DNA of 64,000 bases, taken from the NCBI GenBank assembly GCA_021814695.1, contig JAKAHY010000003.1, forward strand, positions 20,692 through 84,691, read 5' to 3'. How positions within the stretch are numbered: the stretch's first letter is position 1; every line of letters starts with the position of its first letter. Below, one piece after another: positions 48,142-57,849 of the stretch. A model generated the notes under the pieces. That model did not search any database, was not told the origin of the DNA, and saw nothing but the letters and a program-made list of their open reading frames with translations. The position numbers and the translations under genes are program-made. The stretch is from a bacterium. Its GTDB lineage: Bacteria > Patescibacteriota > Minisyncoccia > UBA6257 > JAGOQP01.

Positions 48142-48669
48142 ATGAACAAAAAGATTTTTGTAATCAGGGGATTGCTCCGATTGGCTTTGGGATGGATATT
48201 CTTGTGGGCATTTTTGGATAAGCTTTTCGGGCTCGGATTCTCTACGGCAAAAAGTTCTTCCTGGATTGCCGGCGGTTCTCCGACTCTCGGTTTTTTAAAA
48301 AATGCCGTTACCGGACCGTTGGCCGGTTTTTATCACGGAATAGCCGGAAATCCCATTGTTGATTGGTTGTTTATGCTCGGGCTTTTGGCGGTAGGACTGC
48401 TTCTTATGCTTGGGGTTGCCATTCGTTTTGCCAGCGCTATCGGAATAGCCATGTTGGCTTTAATGTATTCGGCTCTCTTATTGCCGACAACCAATCCGTT
48501 TTTGGATGAACACCTGATTTACATTCTGATTCTGGCGGCTTTGTACATAAGCGAACCCGGAGAATTTTTAGGACTCGGAAAGTGGTGGAAAAATTACGTG
48601 TTTGCAAAAAAATTCTATATTTGCGGCAATGCGGAAAGTGAGCCGACATCGGGAGCTGTAAACCAATAA
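48142..48669 (+). CDS. DoxX-family membrane protein
   Basis: 4-TM topology and a DoxX-like N-terminus (RLALGWIFLWAFLDKLFG). Confidence 0.65.
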   Translation: MNKKIFVIRGLLRLALGWIFLWAFLDKLFGLGFSTAKSSSWIAGGSPTLGFLKNAVTGPLAGFYHGIAGNPIVDWLFMLGLLAVGLLLMLGVAIRFASAIGIAMLALMYSALLLPTTNPFLDEHLIYILILAALYISEPGEFLGLGKWWKNYVFAKKFYICGNAESEPTSGAVNQ

Positions 48670-48672
48670 ACA

Positions 48673-49785
48673 ATGAAATTCGTCATCTTTATGATACCTG
48701 GGCTGGCTTTTATTGCGGCGGCAAGCTGGCTGATTTATCTTTCAATTGTAAAGTGTTTTTCGATTCAGGCACTCTCGGGGAAGTTGATTGTGGCGGTAGT
48801 ATTGTTTTCCATTATTTTTGGATTCTTTGTAATGTCGGCTATCTCGCGGGCTTATGAAAGTCCGCTGATAAAATATCTTTATCTGATATTTGCCGTGCTG
48901 GTGGGGGTAACGATTTTTGCGTTTTTTGCATCGGTTATCGGATGGATTGTAATAGGCCTTGCAAAGTTGTCGGGAATATCAGCCACGCCTCATATTGTAA
49001 TGATCATAATGATGATCCTGGCGATTATTTTTTCGGGATATAACATCTGGAACGCTTATAATCTGAAAGTAACCGACATTAACGTTCCAATCAGAAACCT
49101 TCCGGATTATTGGAAAGGCAAGACGATAGTCCAGATTTCGGATGTCCATCTGGGGAATGTCCACGGGGTAGCGTTTTTAAATAAGATAGTGGATATGGCC
49201 AACGCCCAAAAACCGGACATTATTGCCATTACCGGAGATTTGTTCGACGGAATGGACGGAGATTTGGCGCCTTTTATCGGTCCGCTCAACAGGCTAAAGG
49301 CCAACGACGGAATCTTTTATATCAGCGGAAATCACGAATTATATCTTGGGCTCGATAAAGCTCTGGCGGTAATTAACCAAACAAAGATTCGGTTTATTGA
49401 TAATAAAATAGTTGATGATAACGGGCTTCAGATAATCGGAATTGGATACGGCCAGGATATGGTGGCACAGGATATCAGAAAAATAATTACTTCAAATCCG
49501 GATTACAATGCGTCTATGCCCAGCGTCCTTTTGTATCACATTCCGCTTCCCAGCCAGATTGAAGTGGCTAAAGAAATGGGAATAGGGCTTTATCTGGCCG
49601 GCCATACTCATGTGGGACAGATGTTTCCGTTCGATTTCATAACCCACATAGTTTATAAGGGATACGATTATGGCATTCATCGGGAAGGGGATTTCACCGA
49701 ATATACATCAAGCGGGGCCGGTACTTGGGGCCCGCCGATGAGAAGCGGAAATACTCCAGAGATTGTTGTCGTTCATTTGCAATAA
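48673..49785 (+). CDS. Membrane-anchored calcineurin-like metallophosphoesterase
   Basis: N-terminal TM helices. ISDVHLG, TGDLFDG, GNHE motifs. Confidence 0.85.
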   Translation: MKFVIFMIPGLAFIAAASWLIYLSIVKCFSIQALSGKLIVAVVLFSIIFGFFVMSAISRAYESPLIKYLYLIFAVLVGVTIFAFFASVIGWIVIGLAKLSGISATPHIVMIIMMILAIIFSGYNIWNAYNLKVTDINVPIRNLPDYWKGKTIVQISDVHLGNVHGVAFLNKIVDMANAQKPDIIAITGDLFDGMDGDLAPFIGPLNRLKANDGIFYISGNHELYLGLDKALAVINQTKIRFIDNKIVDDNGLQIIGIGYGQDMVAQDIRKIITSNPDYNASMPSVLLYHIPLPSQIEVAKEMGIGLYLAGHTHVGQMFPFDFITHIVYKGYDYGIHREGDFTEYTSSGAGTWGPPMRSGNTPEIVVVHLQ

Positions 49786-49844
49786 GTTTTTTATTGCTTT
49801 TAATCATAAACAAATGCTGCCAAAGTCGGCAGCTATTTTTATCA

Positions 49845-50040
49845 CCCTTTGTTCCGGCAAAGGGTGATACCTAAACCGGCAAGTTTTATATATTCTCTCA
49901 ATTAAATCAAAACAAATATTTCGCTTTATCTTGAACTCGTCCTCACTTTGTTCGGACTCAAACAATCAAGACAATTCTCACTTTTTATGAAAAGTGAAAA
50001 ATCGCTTATATTTGCTTGATTTAATTATGCTCGCATATAT
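49845..50040 (+). repeat. Repeat element copy 3 (hairpin TCACCCTTTG-TTCCGG-CAAAGGGTGA plus a partly conserved tail), directly upstream of the 50.2 kb RNA promoter
   Basis: Similarity to the hairpins at 23341 and 24714 and to the flanking …CTAAAAC… tail. Confidence 0.55.
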
Positions 50041-50181
50041 AACTTGATTGATAAGATGAGAGAGCAGAAACCAGTTTTTTAATACAAAAAAGCGCCTAAT
50101 TTTTCGGCGCATCACCTTTCACAATCAAAGATCGTTCGTTGCAATTCAAAAAGAGGCCATATTTGCCGATTCTTGTAAGGC

Positions 50182-50209
50182 TTGACAAATATATTCATTA
50201 TGCTATAAT
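50182..50209 (+). promoter_or_regulatory. Consensus sigma70 promoter TTGACA-16-TATAAT
   Basis: Direct reading. Confidence 0.7.
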
Positions 50210-50216
50210 GCACTCG

Positions 50217-50993
50217 TATTGAAAATCAAATAAAAGGAGGGAGGTGAGTGGAGGCGCAAAAAAGCGCCAGCGTCCGAAACAACAACCGCTACTCGTCGAC
50301 CGCTAACCGACATCGTGTCGGTTCTCAGGGCCCGGACCGAAATCTTGCCCGTGGCCAGAGCCGATTATGACTACTGACCAATTGGTCAGAGTCAATCATG
50401 GCTTTTGGCCCAAGGCGGGGATTTGCGGCAAAGGGGTCCCGAACGCGGTAGTAAAGTCCATGGAGGGCACAATGCTTTAGACTAAGGCCTAAGGCCCAAT
50501 CCGACGACAGACGATCCGCCGAGCCTCCAAGCGCGCAAGGGGTGCGCGCTACTACATAAATGACCCCACGGAAAAAAACGTGAGCGGAGGAAAACACCGG
50601 ACCACCATCTGGCACAGAGTAAAGGACTCTGGATAGCCGGCAAACCGCCGCGCCCCAAGTTAAGACGACGAAGCGGCACAGGGGCGTGGCACGAGAGACG
50701 ACGGAGGAGCCACGAATGCATACACTCCGTAGACTCAACTCATAGAGGGATGAAGCGGCGCCTCTATGAGTAGCTGTCCGAACCCGGGAACGACAGGTTT
50801 CCCAGGGCGTGACGCCGCCGGTTAGGGAGAAGACGGAGCGCTCTCCCGCGTAAAAAATGCTCCAAAAGTACTTTGTGCCCCGGGGATAAATGGGCCAAAC
50901 CCTGGGTGGAACAGGCCTCGTAAGCGCGACCGCGTAAGTGTCCCGCAACCGGGAGCGTCCAGCAAGCAGTACGGACGCTCCTTTTTCTTTTTT
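50217..50993 (+). ncRNA. Candidate large structured ncRNA (~770 nt, ~62% GC) bounded by a consensus promoter and an intrinsic terminator (GGAGCGTCC…GGACGCTCC plus T-run). Identity unresolved
   Basis: Sharp GC jump relative to the flanks. Many internal stems, e.g. CUCAUAGAGG…CCUCUAUGAG. All + strand frames are closed (the track shows no + strand ORF of 60 aa or more). The only long ORF (50325..50948, minus) is antisense to the promoter and terminator and is composition-driven. Confidence 0.55.
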
Positions 50994-51034
50994 AAATATT
51001 CACTAATATTTTTTTATAATGATATAATTAGCTT

Positions 51035-51526
51035 ATGAGGAAATTGAGCTACATTATTATTCCGCTGATTGCTTTGGCTACCGCTTTATCCGGAGGATGG
51101 TTTACCGGAAAGGGAATGAGTTGGTATAAAACAATAAATCTTCCCGATTGGACTCCGCCGGGAAGCGTTATAGGATTTGTTTGGACGGTTATTTTTATAT
51201 TGACGGCAATTTCCGCGATTATCGTTTGGAATAAATCCGAAAGGACAAAAAAATTCAAATGGGTCGTGGCTCTTTTTATAGTTAACATTTTTCTTAATGT
51301 CGGATGGAGCTTGGTATTTTTCTTTCAGCATCAGATCGGAGCGGCCGTTATGGATGCGTTTGCTCTCTGGCTCTCGGTGCTTCTTTTGATTCTTTATATG
51401 CGCATAATGGCTCATCAACAGGGAAAGATGGCGCTGTATTGGGCTTACATCGCATTGCTGCCGTATTTGATTTGGACAACTTTTGCCACATATCTGACCT
51501 ATGCCGTGTGGTTGTTAAACAAATAA
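51035..51526 (+). CDS. TspO/MBR family tryptophan-rich sensory protein
   Basis: 5-TM, Trp-rich (WFTGKGMSWYKTINLPDWTPP…). Confidence 0.85.
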   Translation: MRKLSYIIIPLIALATALSGGWFTGKGMSWYKTINLPDWTPPGSVIGFVWTVIFILTAISAIIVWNKSERTKKFKWVVALFIVNIFLNVGWSLVFFFQHQIGAAVMDAFALWLSVLLLILYMRIMAHQQGKMALYWAYIALLPYLIWTTFATYLTYAVWLLNK

Positions 51527-51531
51527 AATTT

Positions 51532-51879
51532 ATGCTTAAACTCAAACGCGCATACGAACCAGCCCAAAGAGGAGACGGCTTTAGGGTTCTTGTGGATCGT
51601 CTTTGGCCCAGAGGAGTTAGTAAAGCAAAAGCTAAATTTGACTTGTGGCTTAAGGATGTAGGGCCAAGCACTCAGTTGAGAAAGTGGTTTGGCCACGATC
51701 CGAAACGATGGAAGGGGTTCGTTTCTCGGTATAATAAGGAATTGAAATCGAAAGTAGACGATTTTAAAATGCTTAAGGCTAAATCCAAAAGGGGAACCGT
51801 GACTTTGATATATGGTGCCAGGGACAGGGAGCATAATGAGGCATTGGTTATAAAAAAGAAAGTCGAAAAAATGAAATAA
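51532..51879 (+). CDS. DUF488 family protein
   Basis: YEPAQRGDGFRVLVDRLWPRGVSKAKAKFDLWLKDVGPSTQLRKWF fits the DUF488 pattern. Confidence 0.7.
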   Translation: MLKLKRAYEPAQRGDGFRVLVDRLWPRGVSKAKAKFDLWLKDVGPSTQLRKWFGHDPKRWKGFVSRYNKELKSKVDDFKMLKAKSKRGTVTLIYGARDREHNEALVIKKKVEKMK

Positions 51880-51912
51880 AATAATTGTTGGACGGAATAT
51901 TAACGGGTACAA

Positions 51913-52740
51913 TTGATAAAAATGCTAAAGGAGCAGCACTCAAAACACAACAAGCATTTCAATATTATTTATCCGGCATCCACGGTACAAAAGCTGTATT
52001 CTATTTTTGTGACTCCGGTTATAGTCTTGGCGGTTATTTGGGTACTGATAAAAACATTTTCTTTATTTCCCGGAATTCCCAAAGTGGTTGACTATGAAAT
52101 AGTGGCAAAAGCATTCGGATATACCTTTTGGAGACTTTTAGTGGCATATGTTTTGGCGTTGATAGCATCCGTGCCGCTTGCGTTATGGGCAAACAAGAGC
52201 GATACAGCCGAAAGAATTTTATTACCGACGTTTGATATCATCCAGTCGATTCCGGTTCTGGCTTTTTTTCCGATAGTAATTGCGGTTTTCATACAATTTG
52301 GGATGTACAACGGAGCGGCGATATTCATACTTTTTCTGGCAATGCTCTGGAATATGGTTTTTAGTCTTATCGGGGGGCTAAGGTCAATTCCGGCCGATAT
52401 CAAATCCGCGGCTAGAGTTTTTGGCATAACCAAACTCTCTTATCTTAAAAAAATCCTGCTCCCGGCAAGCGTTCCTTATCTTGTTACCGGATCGCTTTTG
52501 GCGTGGGCTCAAGGGTGGAATATTATAATTGTCGCCGAAGTTTTACATACCTATATTCCCGGAGGTACCGCTTCCCAGGACCTTTTTGGAATCGGAAGTA
52601 TGCTGGTAAATGCGGCCGCCGGTTCCCAACAGGAGCTTTTTGTCGCGGCGATTGTGGCGATGGTTATCGGAATTGGGCTGATTAACTTTTTTGTTTGGCA
52701 AAAATTATTACACTATGCAGAACGATTCAAATTTGAATGA
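51913..52740 (+). CDS. ABC transporter permease (NitT/TauT / BPD_transp_1 type)
   Basis: 6-TM topology with the EAA-like loop AARVFGITKLSYLKKILLPASVPY. Confidence 0.85.
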   Translation: MIKMLKEQHSKHNKHFNIIYPASTVQKLYSIFVTPVIVLAVIWVLIKTFSLFPGIPKVVDYEIVAKAFGYTFWRLLVAYVLALIASVPLALWANKSDTAERILLPTFDIIQSIPVLAFFPIVIAVFIQFGMYNGAAIFILFLAMLWNMVFSLIGGLRSIPADIKSAARVFGITKLSYLKKILLPASVPYLVTGSLLAWAQGWNIIIVAEVLHTYIPGGTASQDLFGIGSMLVNAAAGSQQELFVAAIVAMVIGIGLINFFVWQKLLHYAERFKFE

Positions 52741-53443
52741 CATTATAGTTTTTGAAAACGTTTCAAAAACATATCAGCCGCAAAATGATGTTGGAATAAA
52801 AAACGTCAGCTTTTCGGTTCACAAAGGAGAATTTTTATGCCTTATCGGCCCTTCGGGTTGCGGTAAATCGACGGTTCTTAAAATAATTACAGGGCTTGAA
52901 AAAGAAACCTCCGGAAAAGTAATCAAGCCGGAGAAAGTCTCTATGGTATTTCAAAACGGGGCGCTTTTTCCTTGGCTAACCGTTTATGAAAATGTCGCCA
53001 TTGCTCTCCAATCCGAAAATGTCCCCAAGGAAAATATCCAAAAAATGGCGATGAAGCATATCGAGATGATGGGTTTGGGGGAATTTACGAATAAATACCC
53101 CAGGGAACTTTCCGGAGGGCAGCGCCAAAGAGTTGGGATTGCCAGGGCGCTGGCGGTTGATCCGGCGGTGTTGTTATTGGACGAACCATTCTCGGCGTTG
53201 GATGCCAAGACGACCGATGAACTTCACCGGGACATACTTAAAGTATGGGCGGAAACAAAAAAGACCATAATAATGGTTTCTCATTTGATAGAAGAATCGG
53301 CAGCTCTGGCCGATAGAGTGTTGTTGATGAAAGACCAGACTATCGATTATGAATTTAAAATTACACTTCCTCATCCGCGCCACGAACAAGCAGCCGATTT
53401 TTTGAAGTTGATTAACGAGATTCGCAGGAGATTTTTTAGGTAA
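52715..53443 (+). CDS. ABC transporter ATP-binding protein (NitT/TauT type; the ORF-track start is 52691)
   Basis: GPSGCGKST, LSGGQRQRVGIARAL, LLLDEPFSALD. Confidence 0.92.
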   Translation: MQNDSNLNDIIVFENVSKTYQPQNDVGIKNVSFSVHKGEFLCLIGPSGCGKSTVLKIITGLEKETSGKVIKPEKVSMVFQNGALFPWLTVYENVAIALQSENVPKENIQKMAMKHIEMMGLGEFTNKYPRELSGGQRQRVGIARALAVDPAVLLLDEPFSALDAKTTDELHRDILKVWAETKKTIIMVSHLIEESAALADRVLLMKDQTIDYEFKITLPHPRHEQAADFLKLINEIRRRFFR

Positions 53444-53980
53444 TTAACCCAAAAGCCGTGAGGCGGCGACTATAATTGCTATGATAAGGATTTGGCTGGT
53501 CACCCCTAAAACGAGGTGATTTTTAATTTCGTATTTTGTGTGGACCCATCGGTGAAATTTTTGAAGAGAGCGAAACGGCTCTATTTTAAGTTTCCAATAT
53601 ACAAACTGAAGGGCGTCGGGAAGCATTCCTCCAAGAGCTCCTAAAATTAAAATAGAAGCCTGATAATCGGACTTGGGGCTAAACAGCCAGACACTCAGGG
53701 CTATCCCAGCCGCAAAATCAATAAATATTTTTGAAATATCTATAATGAATTTTTTTCCAAAAACCATATCTCCGTTAAGCGGGTCGGAAGGATTGTTTTC
53801 GTGTGAAAGCAGTCTGTAGTTCCAATGGGGAATGGCATCCAATACGAAGTGACTTAAAAAAGCGGCAATGAATGCTGCTGCCGGATTTGAAGGAAAAAGT
53901 CTTGCCGCCGCCGCTCCGGCGATGGCGTGAGTCATTAATATCATTGAGTAAAGTATATCGCCCAAATATCTGGCAATCAA
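53444..53980 (-). CDS. Hypothetical membrane protein, possibly a YdjM-like membrane-bound metal-dependent hydrolase
   Basis: Hydrophobic segments with conserved His (FLSHFVLDAIPHWNY). Confidence 0.45.
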   Translation of the reverse strand: MIARYLGDILYSMILMTHAIAGAAAARLFPSNPAAAFIAAFLSHFVLDAIPHWNYRLLSHENNPSDPLNGDMVFGKKFIIDISKIFIDFAAGIALSVWLFSPKSDYQASILILGALGGMLPDALQFVYWKLKIEPFRSLQKFHRWVHTKYEIKNHLVLGVTSQILIIAIIVAASRLLG

Positions 53981-54006
53981 GAAGATTAGTTATTATAATT
54001 GATTAA

Positions 54007-54549
54007 ATGGAAGGTTATACTATCGCTCTGGGAACTATTTCCGAACGCGAGTTGGAATATCTGAACGAAATTTTAAACGAACTGAATATAAATTCTTTTG
54101 TAGTATCCGTTGAGGCCGACAGCCTAGTTTCAAATCAACCGATTTCATCGGACGAAACCAAAAAAGGATCTTTAAACAGGGCGCGTCATGCATTCCGCAT
54201 AGCCAAAGAACATGGCGAGGGCCAAATTTTAGGCGTTGGAATCGAAGTGGGATACGATAAAAATCGATTCGGCCGATACGAGGTTTTATCTTGGGCATCT
54301 ATTGTGGACGGCAAAGGAAAAGAAATTTCCAAAAAATCGCATTCGTTTCAAATCCCTCTTTTTTTCAACCACGCACTGGAGTCGGGAGAGCATATTTCCG
54401 ATTATGTGGATGAGTATGTCAGTAAAAGAAAGACCGGAGAAGAAAAAATAGTGGCCCATCTTATAAACAACCGGCGCCCGTTTATTGTAGGCGCAACCAG
54501 GGCCGCCTTTGTCCATTATTTACTGGATAAAAAAACTTCCAATAAATGA
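54007..54549 (+). CDS. YjjX-family ITPase/XTPase (second paralog)
   Basis: SNQPISSDETKKGSLNRARHAF…GIEVGY…DGKG…RRPFIVGATR. Paralogous to 45192..45785. Confidence 0.72.
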   Translation: MEGYTIALGTISERELEYLNEILNELNINSFVVSVEADSLVSNQPISSDETKKGSLNRARHAFRIAKEHGEGQILGVGIEVGYDKNRFGRYEVLSWASIVDGKGKEISKKSHSFQIPLFFNHALESGEHISDYVDEYVSKRKTGEEKIVAHLINNRRPFIVGATRAAFVHYLLDKKTSNK

Positions 54550-54556
54550 GAGTCGG

Positions 54557-55588
54557 CTATTGAGTGCTGGATGGGCTGCTTGTCGAGTAATCCGAACGAT
54601 AAGTGCTGAATCCGTTCCATAAAGCCCATCCGGTACATCCGGCATCGGTGCAGGCTCTTATTTGAGCATCTATATCCTGCGGAGTGTAATCCATAAGTTT
54701 CCAGGGAGAAATAGATTCAATGTTGAATGCCTGAATCCACGAACGCAGGCTCGCTATTCTTTTCGGGTCGTCTTTTACTTTTGCCCAACCGGCAGTAAGA
54801 GCTTGAAACACGGTTTGATAAGGTTCGGTTCCCGGATGTTTTATCCCGAAAGTTCCCAGAGCCCAATGCGATGGGTAGGGCATCGGCATTATATAATCAA
54901 AATTCTGGGCAGCGTCTTCCAGGCTTTGGCCGATTCCGGCTTCGGGATTGATAAATGTTGTTCCGAAAATATCGGCCGAAATGGGAAATCCATATTTTTG
55001 CCTTACTTCTTTATTAAGAAACTCAAAGAAAGCCTGAATCGTGGGACGTCTTTGTTCGATGGGGGTTTGGCTTTGAGCTTCGGTCGGACCGCCGTAACGG
55101 ACATAGTCGTAATTGATTTCGTCAAAACCCAAATCGTAAGCGGATTTTGAAGTAGTGGCTATCTGGTCCCAACGCTCTCTGGAAGCCGGATCATACCAGG
55201 ATTTTTCTCCGTTTTTGAAAGCCACAATTCTGCCTATGAGATAAATGTTTTTATCGTGCAATCCCGACAGAATTCCTTTTACCTTTTCGTTATTTATGTC
55301 AAAAAGTCCGGATCCGTCGGAACGGACATCTATTACGAGCGAATTGAATTCATTCTTCTCCAAATTCGATATAACCTCCTGTAATTTTTTAGGGGATTCA
55401 AAGGAGTAGAAGGTAACATACAAAGCTTTGACTACGGCCGGCGTTGCAATATGAATAACCTTAATTTCTTTTACGACCGGTTGTTCTGTCGGGGTGGTTG
55501 CCGAAAGATTAATGGTATTGTGAACAGTAAAAAAAGCCGTTCCGGCCAGAATGAAAACCGCGGCAATTGTGGCATATAACTTAAACAT
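54557..55588 (-). CDS. Secreted putative glycoside hydrolase-like TIM-barrel protein (GHL/DUF4015-like)
   Basis: Signal/TM. Weak family resemblance only. Confidence 0.45.
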   Translation of the reverse strand: MFKLYATIAAVFILAGTAFFTVHNTINLSATTPTEQPVVKEIKVIHIATPAVVKALYVTFYSFESPKKLQEVISNLEKNEFNSLVIDVRSDGSGLFDINNEKVKGILSGLHDKNIYLIGRIVAFKNGEKSWYDPASRERWDQIATTSKSAYDLGFDEINYDYVRYGGPTEAQSQTPIEQRRPTIQAFFEFLNKEVRQKYGFPISADIFGTTFINPEAGIGQSLEDAAQNFDYIMPMPYPSHWALGTFGIKHPGTEPYQTVFQALTAGWAKVKDDPKRIASLRSWIQAFNIESISPWKLMDYTPQDIDAQIRACTDAGCTGWALWNGFSTYRSDYSTSSPSSTQ

Positions 55589-55794
55589 GCTTTAGATAGA
55601 TATTACCACGTGTTTTTTACTTTACAAACCCCACACCTTTTCTCAGCTCGAGCGAAGCTCGAAAAAAAACAAAGTTTTATAATTTGTTTACCAATAAACT
55701 TTATTTGGCAGTCATCAAAAACAGAGGATTTATGATATTGGCTTAGATAAGGTGCGGGGTAAACCCCCCGCGCAAAAAGTGATATAATACAATT

Positions 55795-55962
55795 ATGGAA
55801 AAAAGGACGTGTAAAAAATGTCACGGTCCGGCCGACGAATATATTTGCGAAAGATGCGGCCACGTGATGAAAGATTGCGACCCCAAGCACGAATGCGGAA
55901 TGGAGAATTGCCATCCTCGCTGTACCCAGTGCGGAAAGTCGGAAGAAAATTGCTCGTGCTAA
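55795..55962 (+). CDS. 55-aa Cys-rich protein (12 Cys; CxxC…CxxC…C…C…C…CxxC…CxC), apparently leaderless
   Basis: Extended -10 TGaTATAAT (55780-55788), ATG 7 nt downstream. Below the ORF-track cutoff. Frame verified by hand. Confidence 0.45.
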   Translation: MEKRTCKKCHGPADEYICERCGHVMKDCDPKHECGMENCHPRCTQCGKSEENCSC

Positions 55963-56023
55963 GTAGTCGTATTGTGTCCGCTTAATGGCGGGCAGGGTTT
56001 ATTTTTGCCTTTTAAATTAATAT

Positions 56024-57070
56024 ATGAAAAATAAAGAATTGTTCATATCCTCTGAAGGAGAAACGAAAAAGGGCCCAAAGGAATATTTAGTGGATGAAAT
56101 TATGGCCGATAACGGAGTTTTTGACGACAGCTCTTACGATCTGGTAGTAAAATTTGCCAATGGCCAAAAACTTAATCCGGAAAGAACGGAAAAGGCCAGG
56201 GCAATAATTAGCGAATGGTGGCTTAACAAGTATGGATTTCCATTTGAACTAAAAACGGAGAGAGAAGAGGTATTGAGAAGAAAATACGGCCCCAGCAAGG
56301 AAATGCGCGATTCGGTTTTATTACAAGAGGAGTTGCTTAACGCCATAAAAGAACAGGATAAGGATAAGATTCAGAAATTAAAAATAAAGTACACAAAAGA
56401 ATTCCCCGATCAGTTGGAAGGCGTTGAGGTTCTTTTTGCCTTGCCTGAACTTCTTAAAAAAACCAAAAGTTTTAACAATCATGAAAAAGGAGTGAAATAC
56501 ACTCCCGAAACTTTCAGGGATTTATGTGAAAGCCAATTTCTTGTTACGCATTTTATTTTACTAAACAGTGGCGACAAACCGTTTCTGAGTCAGTTTTGGC
56601 AGGTTATGGAATTTATCGCCGAAAGAGACGGAACCAAACACGAACTCAACATAATAAGAAGAGGCATTGTAAGCCAGGTTTCGGTTGACCTGATTCTCAA
56701 GGAGTTGGGGATGGCTCCACAACTTTCTCATCCAAGAGAGGACGCTTTTGAAAAGACCGATATGTGGATTGAAAATAAAACCCGGGTTCAGGTTAAGGGA
56801 AGTGAATATATTTCGGAGCCGGCCATAATCAGTACGGATGAAGTGGTTTTTCCCGGAGTAGTCACAAAAGAACCCAATCAAGAGACTTATTTTAATTCCA
56901 AATTTTCCTATGAAACGGCACAATTTAGGGCAAAAATAAAAAAAATAAATCCCAAATCAGAGGGAATATTCTTTGTGATCCCGACTCATATGATAGATTT
57001 CGTTACCGGCCAGCCGGACGAAAAGCTTGTGGATTTTTTCAGGAAAAAAATGGAAGAAAGAAAAAAATAA
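56024..57070 (+). CDS. Hypothetical protein (348 aa)
   Basis: ORF only. Confidence 0.5.
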   Translation: MKNKELFISSEGETKKGPKEYLVDEIMADNGVFDDSSYDLVVKFANGQKLNPERTEKARAIISEWWLNKYGFPFELKTEREEVLRRKYGPSKEMRDSVLLQEELLNAIKEQDKDKIQKLKIKYTKEFPDQLEGVEVLFALPELLKKTKSFNNHEKGVKYTPETFRDLCESQFLVTHFILLNSGDKPFLSQFWQVMEFIAERDGTKHELNIIRRGIVSQVSVDLILKELGMAPQLSHPREDAFEKTDMWIENKTRVQVKGSEYISEPAIISTDEVVFPGVVTKEPNQETYFNSKFSYETAQFRAKIKKINPKSEGIFFVIPTHMIDFVTGQPDEKLVDFFRKKMEERKK

Positions 57071-57092
57071 TCCCCCCGGTTGGGGAGTTTTA

Positions 57093-57779
57093 TTATCCGT
57101 CGATCCCGAGAAACTTCAGATCGCGGAAAAGATTCTTTCGGAGATCAAAATATCTCTCGTTGATATCCTTGGGTTTTTCGTTCAAGCTGATAACCACCAA
57201 TTCGTCCCAGGTATGGAACGAACAGGGAAATGGAGTGGTCACGTTTTTTACAACAACGGCGTTGATCACCATTCCGGTATTCTTGATAATATAATCCCTG
57301 TGGATTCCGTCCATAATCACAAGGTCGGCCCCATGTTGTTCAATAATCGGTGGAATATAAAGCGCCATACACTTGCGTTCGTTCTCGTCGCGTCCGAAAG
57401 CAAAGAATGCTCCCAGTTCGCCAAGTCCGCCGGTAATCATAAACTCGTCGAAAATATCGGTTACGCTTTCCAGTAGGTAAACGTAATTTTCCCGGTAAGC
57501 GAATTTCTGGCCGATTTTCAGCAATCGGGGGTCAAGCTTAAGCATTTCAATCTCGTTATCGGCAAATACTGGCTGCCCGTCGAGCGTGGTAATCCGGCTT
57601 ATGAAATAGGCCAGCGTGTTTCTGCGCATAGGAACGATTGATTCTACTTCTTTCATATCCCTGAGAGGCAAAATAACCTGTACGGTATTGAGGTTTGGCA
57701 ATCTTAGGCCGTGATTGAACCGGTCGGGTGAAAAACGCGTCCAAAAGTCATCCGCGGGGATTTCCCATTCGGGCCTCAT
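57093..57779 (-). CDS. Hypothetical protein (228 aa)
   Basis: ORF only. Confidence 0.5.
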   Translation of the reverse strand: MRPEWEIPADDFWTRFSPDRFNHGLRLPNLNTVQVILPLRDMKEVESIVPMRRNTLAYFISRITTLDGQPVFADNEIEMLKLDPRLLKIGQKFAYRENYVYLLESVTDIFDEFMITGGLGELGAFFAFGRDENERKCMALYIPPIIEQHGADLVIMDGIHRDYIIKNTGMVINAVVVKNVTTPFPCSFHTWDELVVISLNEKPKDINERYFDLRKNLFRDLKFLGIDG

Positions 57780-57849
57780 TTTTTAGGCTCCTTTTTTTTG
57801 AATCGTGCTTGGGGTATTATAGTAATGAAAAATTCATCAGTCAAAGAGC

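Noticed and set aside
50325-50948. 207-aa minus-strand ORF (and 50482..50721) as a protein gene
   Set aside because: It is antisense to a consensus promoter and a + strand terminator. The sequence is R/W/C/P-rich and low-complexity, typical of open frames in GC-rich non-coding DNA.
50217-50993. RNase P RNA assignment for the 770-nt GC-rich unit
   Set aside because: It has only short, ordered matches to CR-I/CR-V-like strings (AAAGUCC, GCAAACCGCC, GAACCCGG). The length is about double that of bacterial RNase P RNA, and the putative P4 strands (UCCAUGG / CCCGGGA) are not complementary. Left as unidentified.
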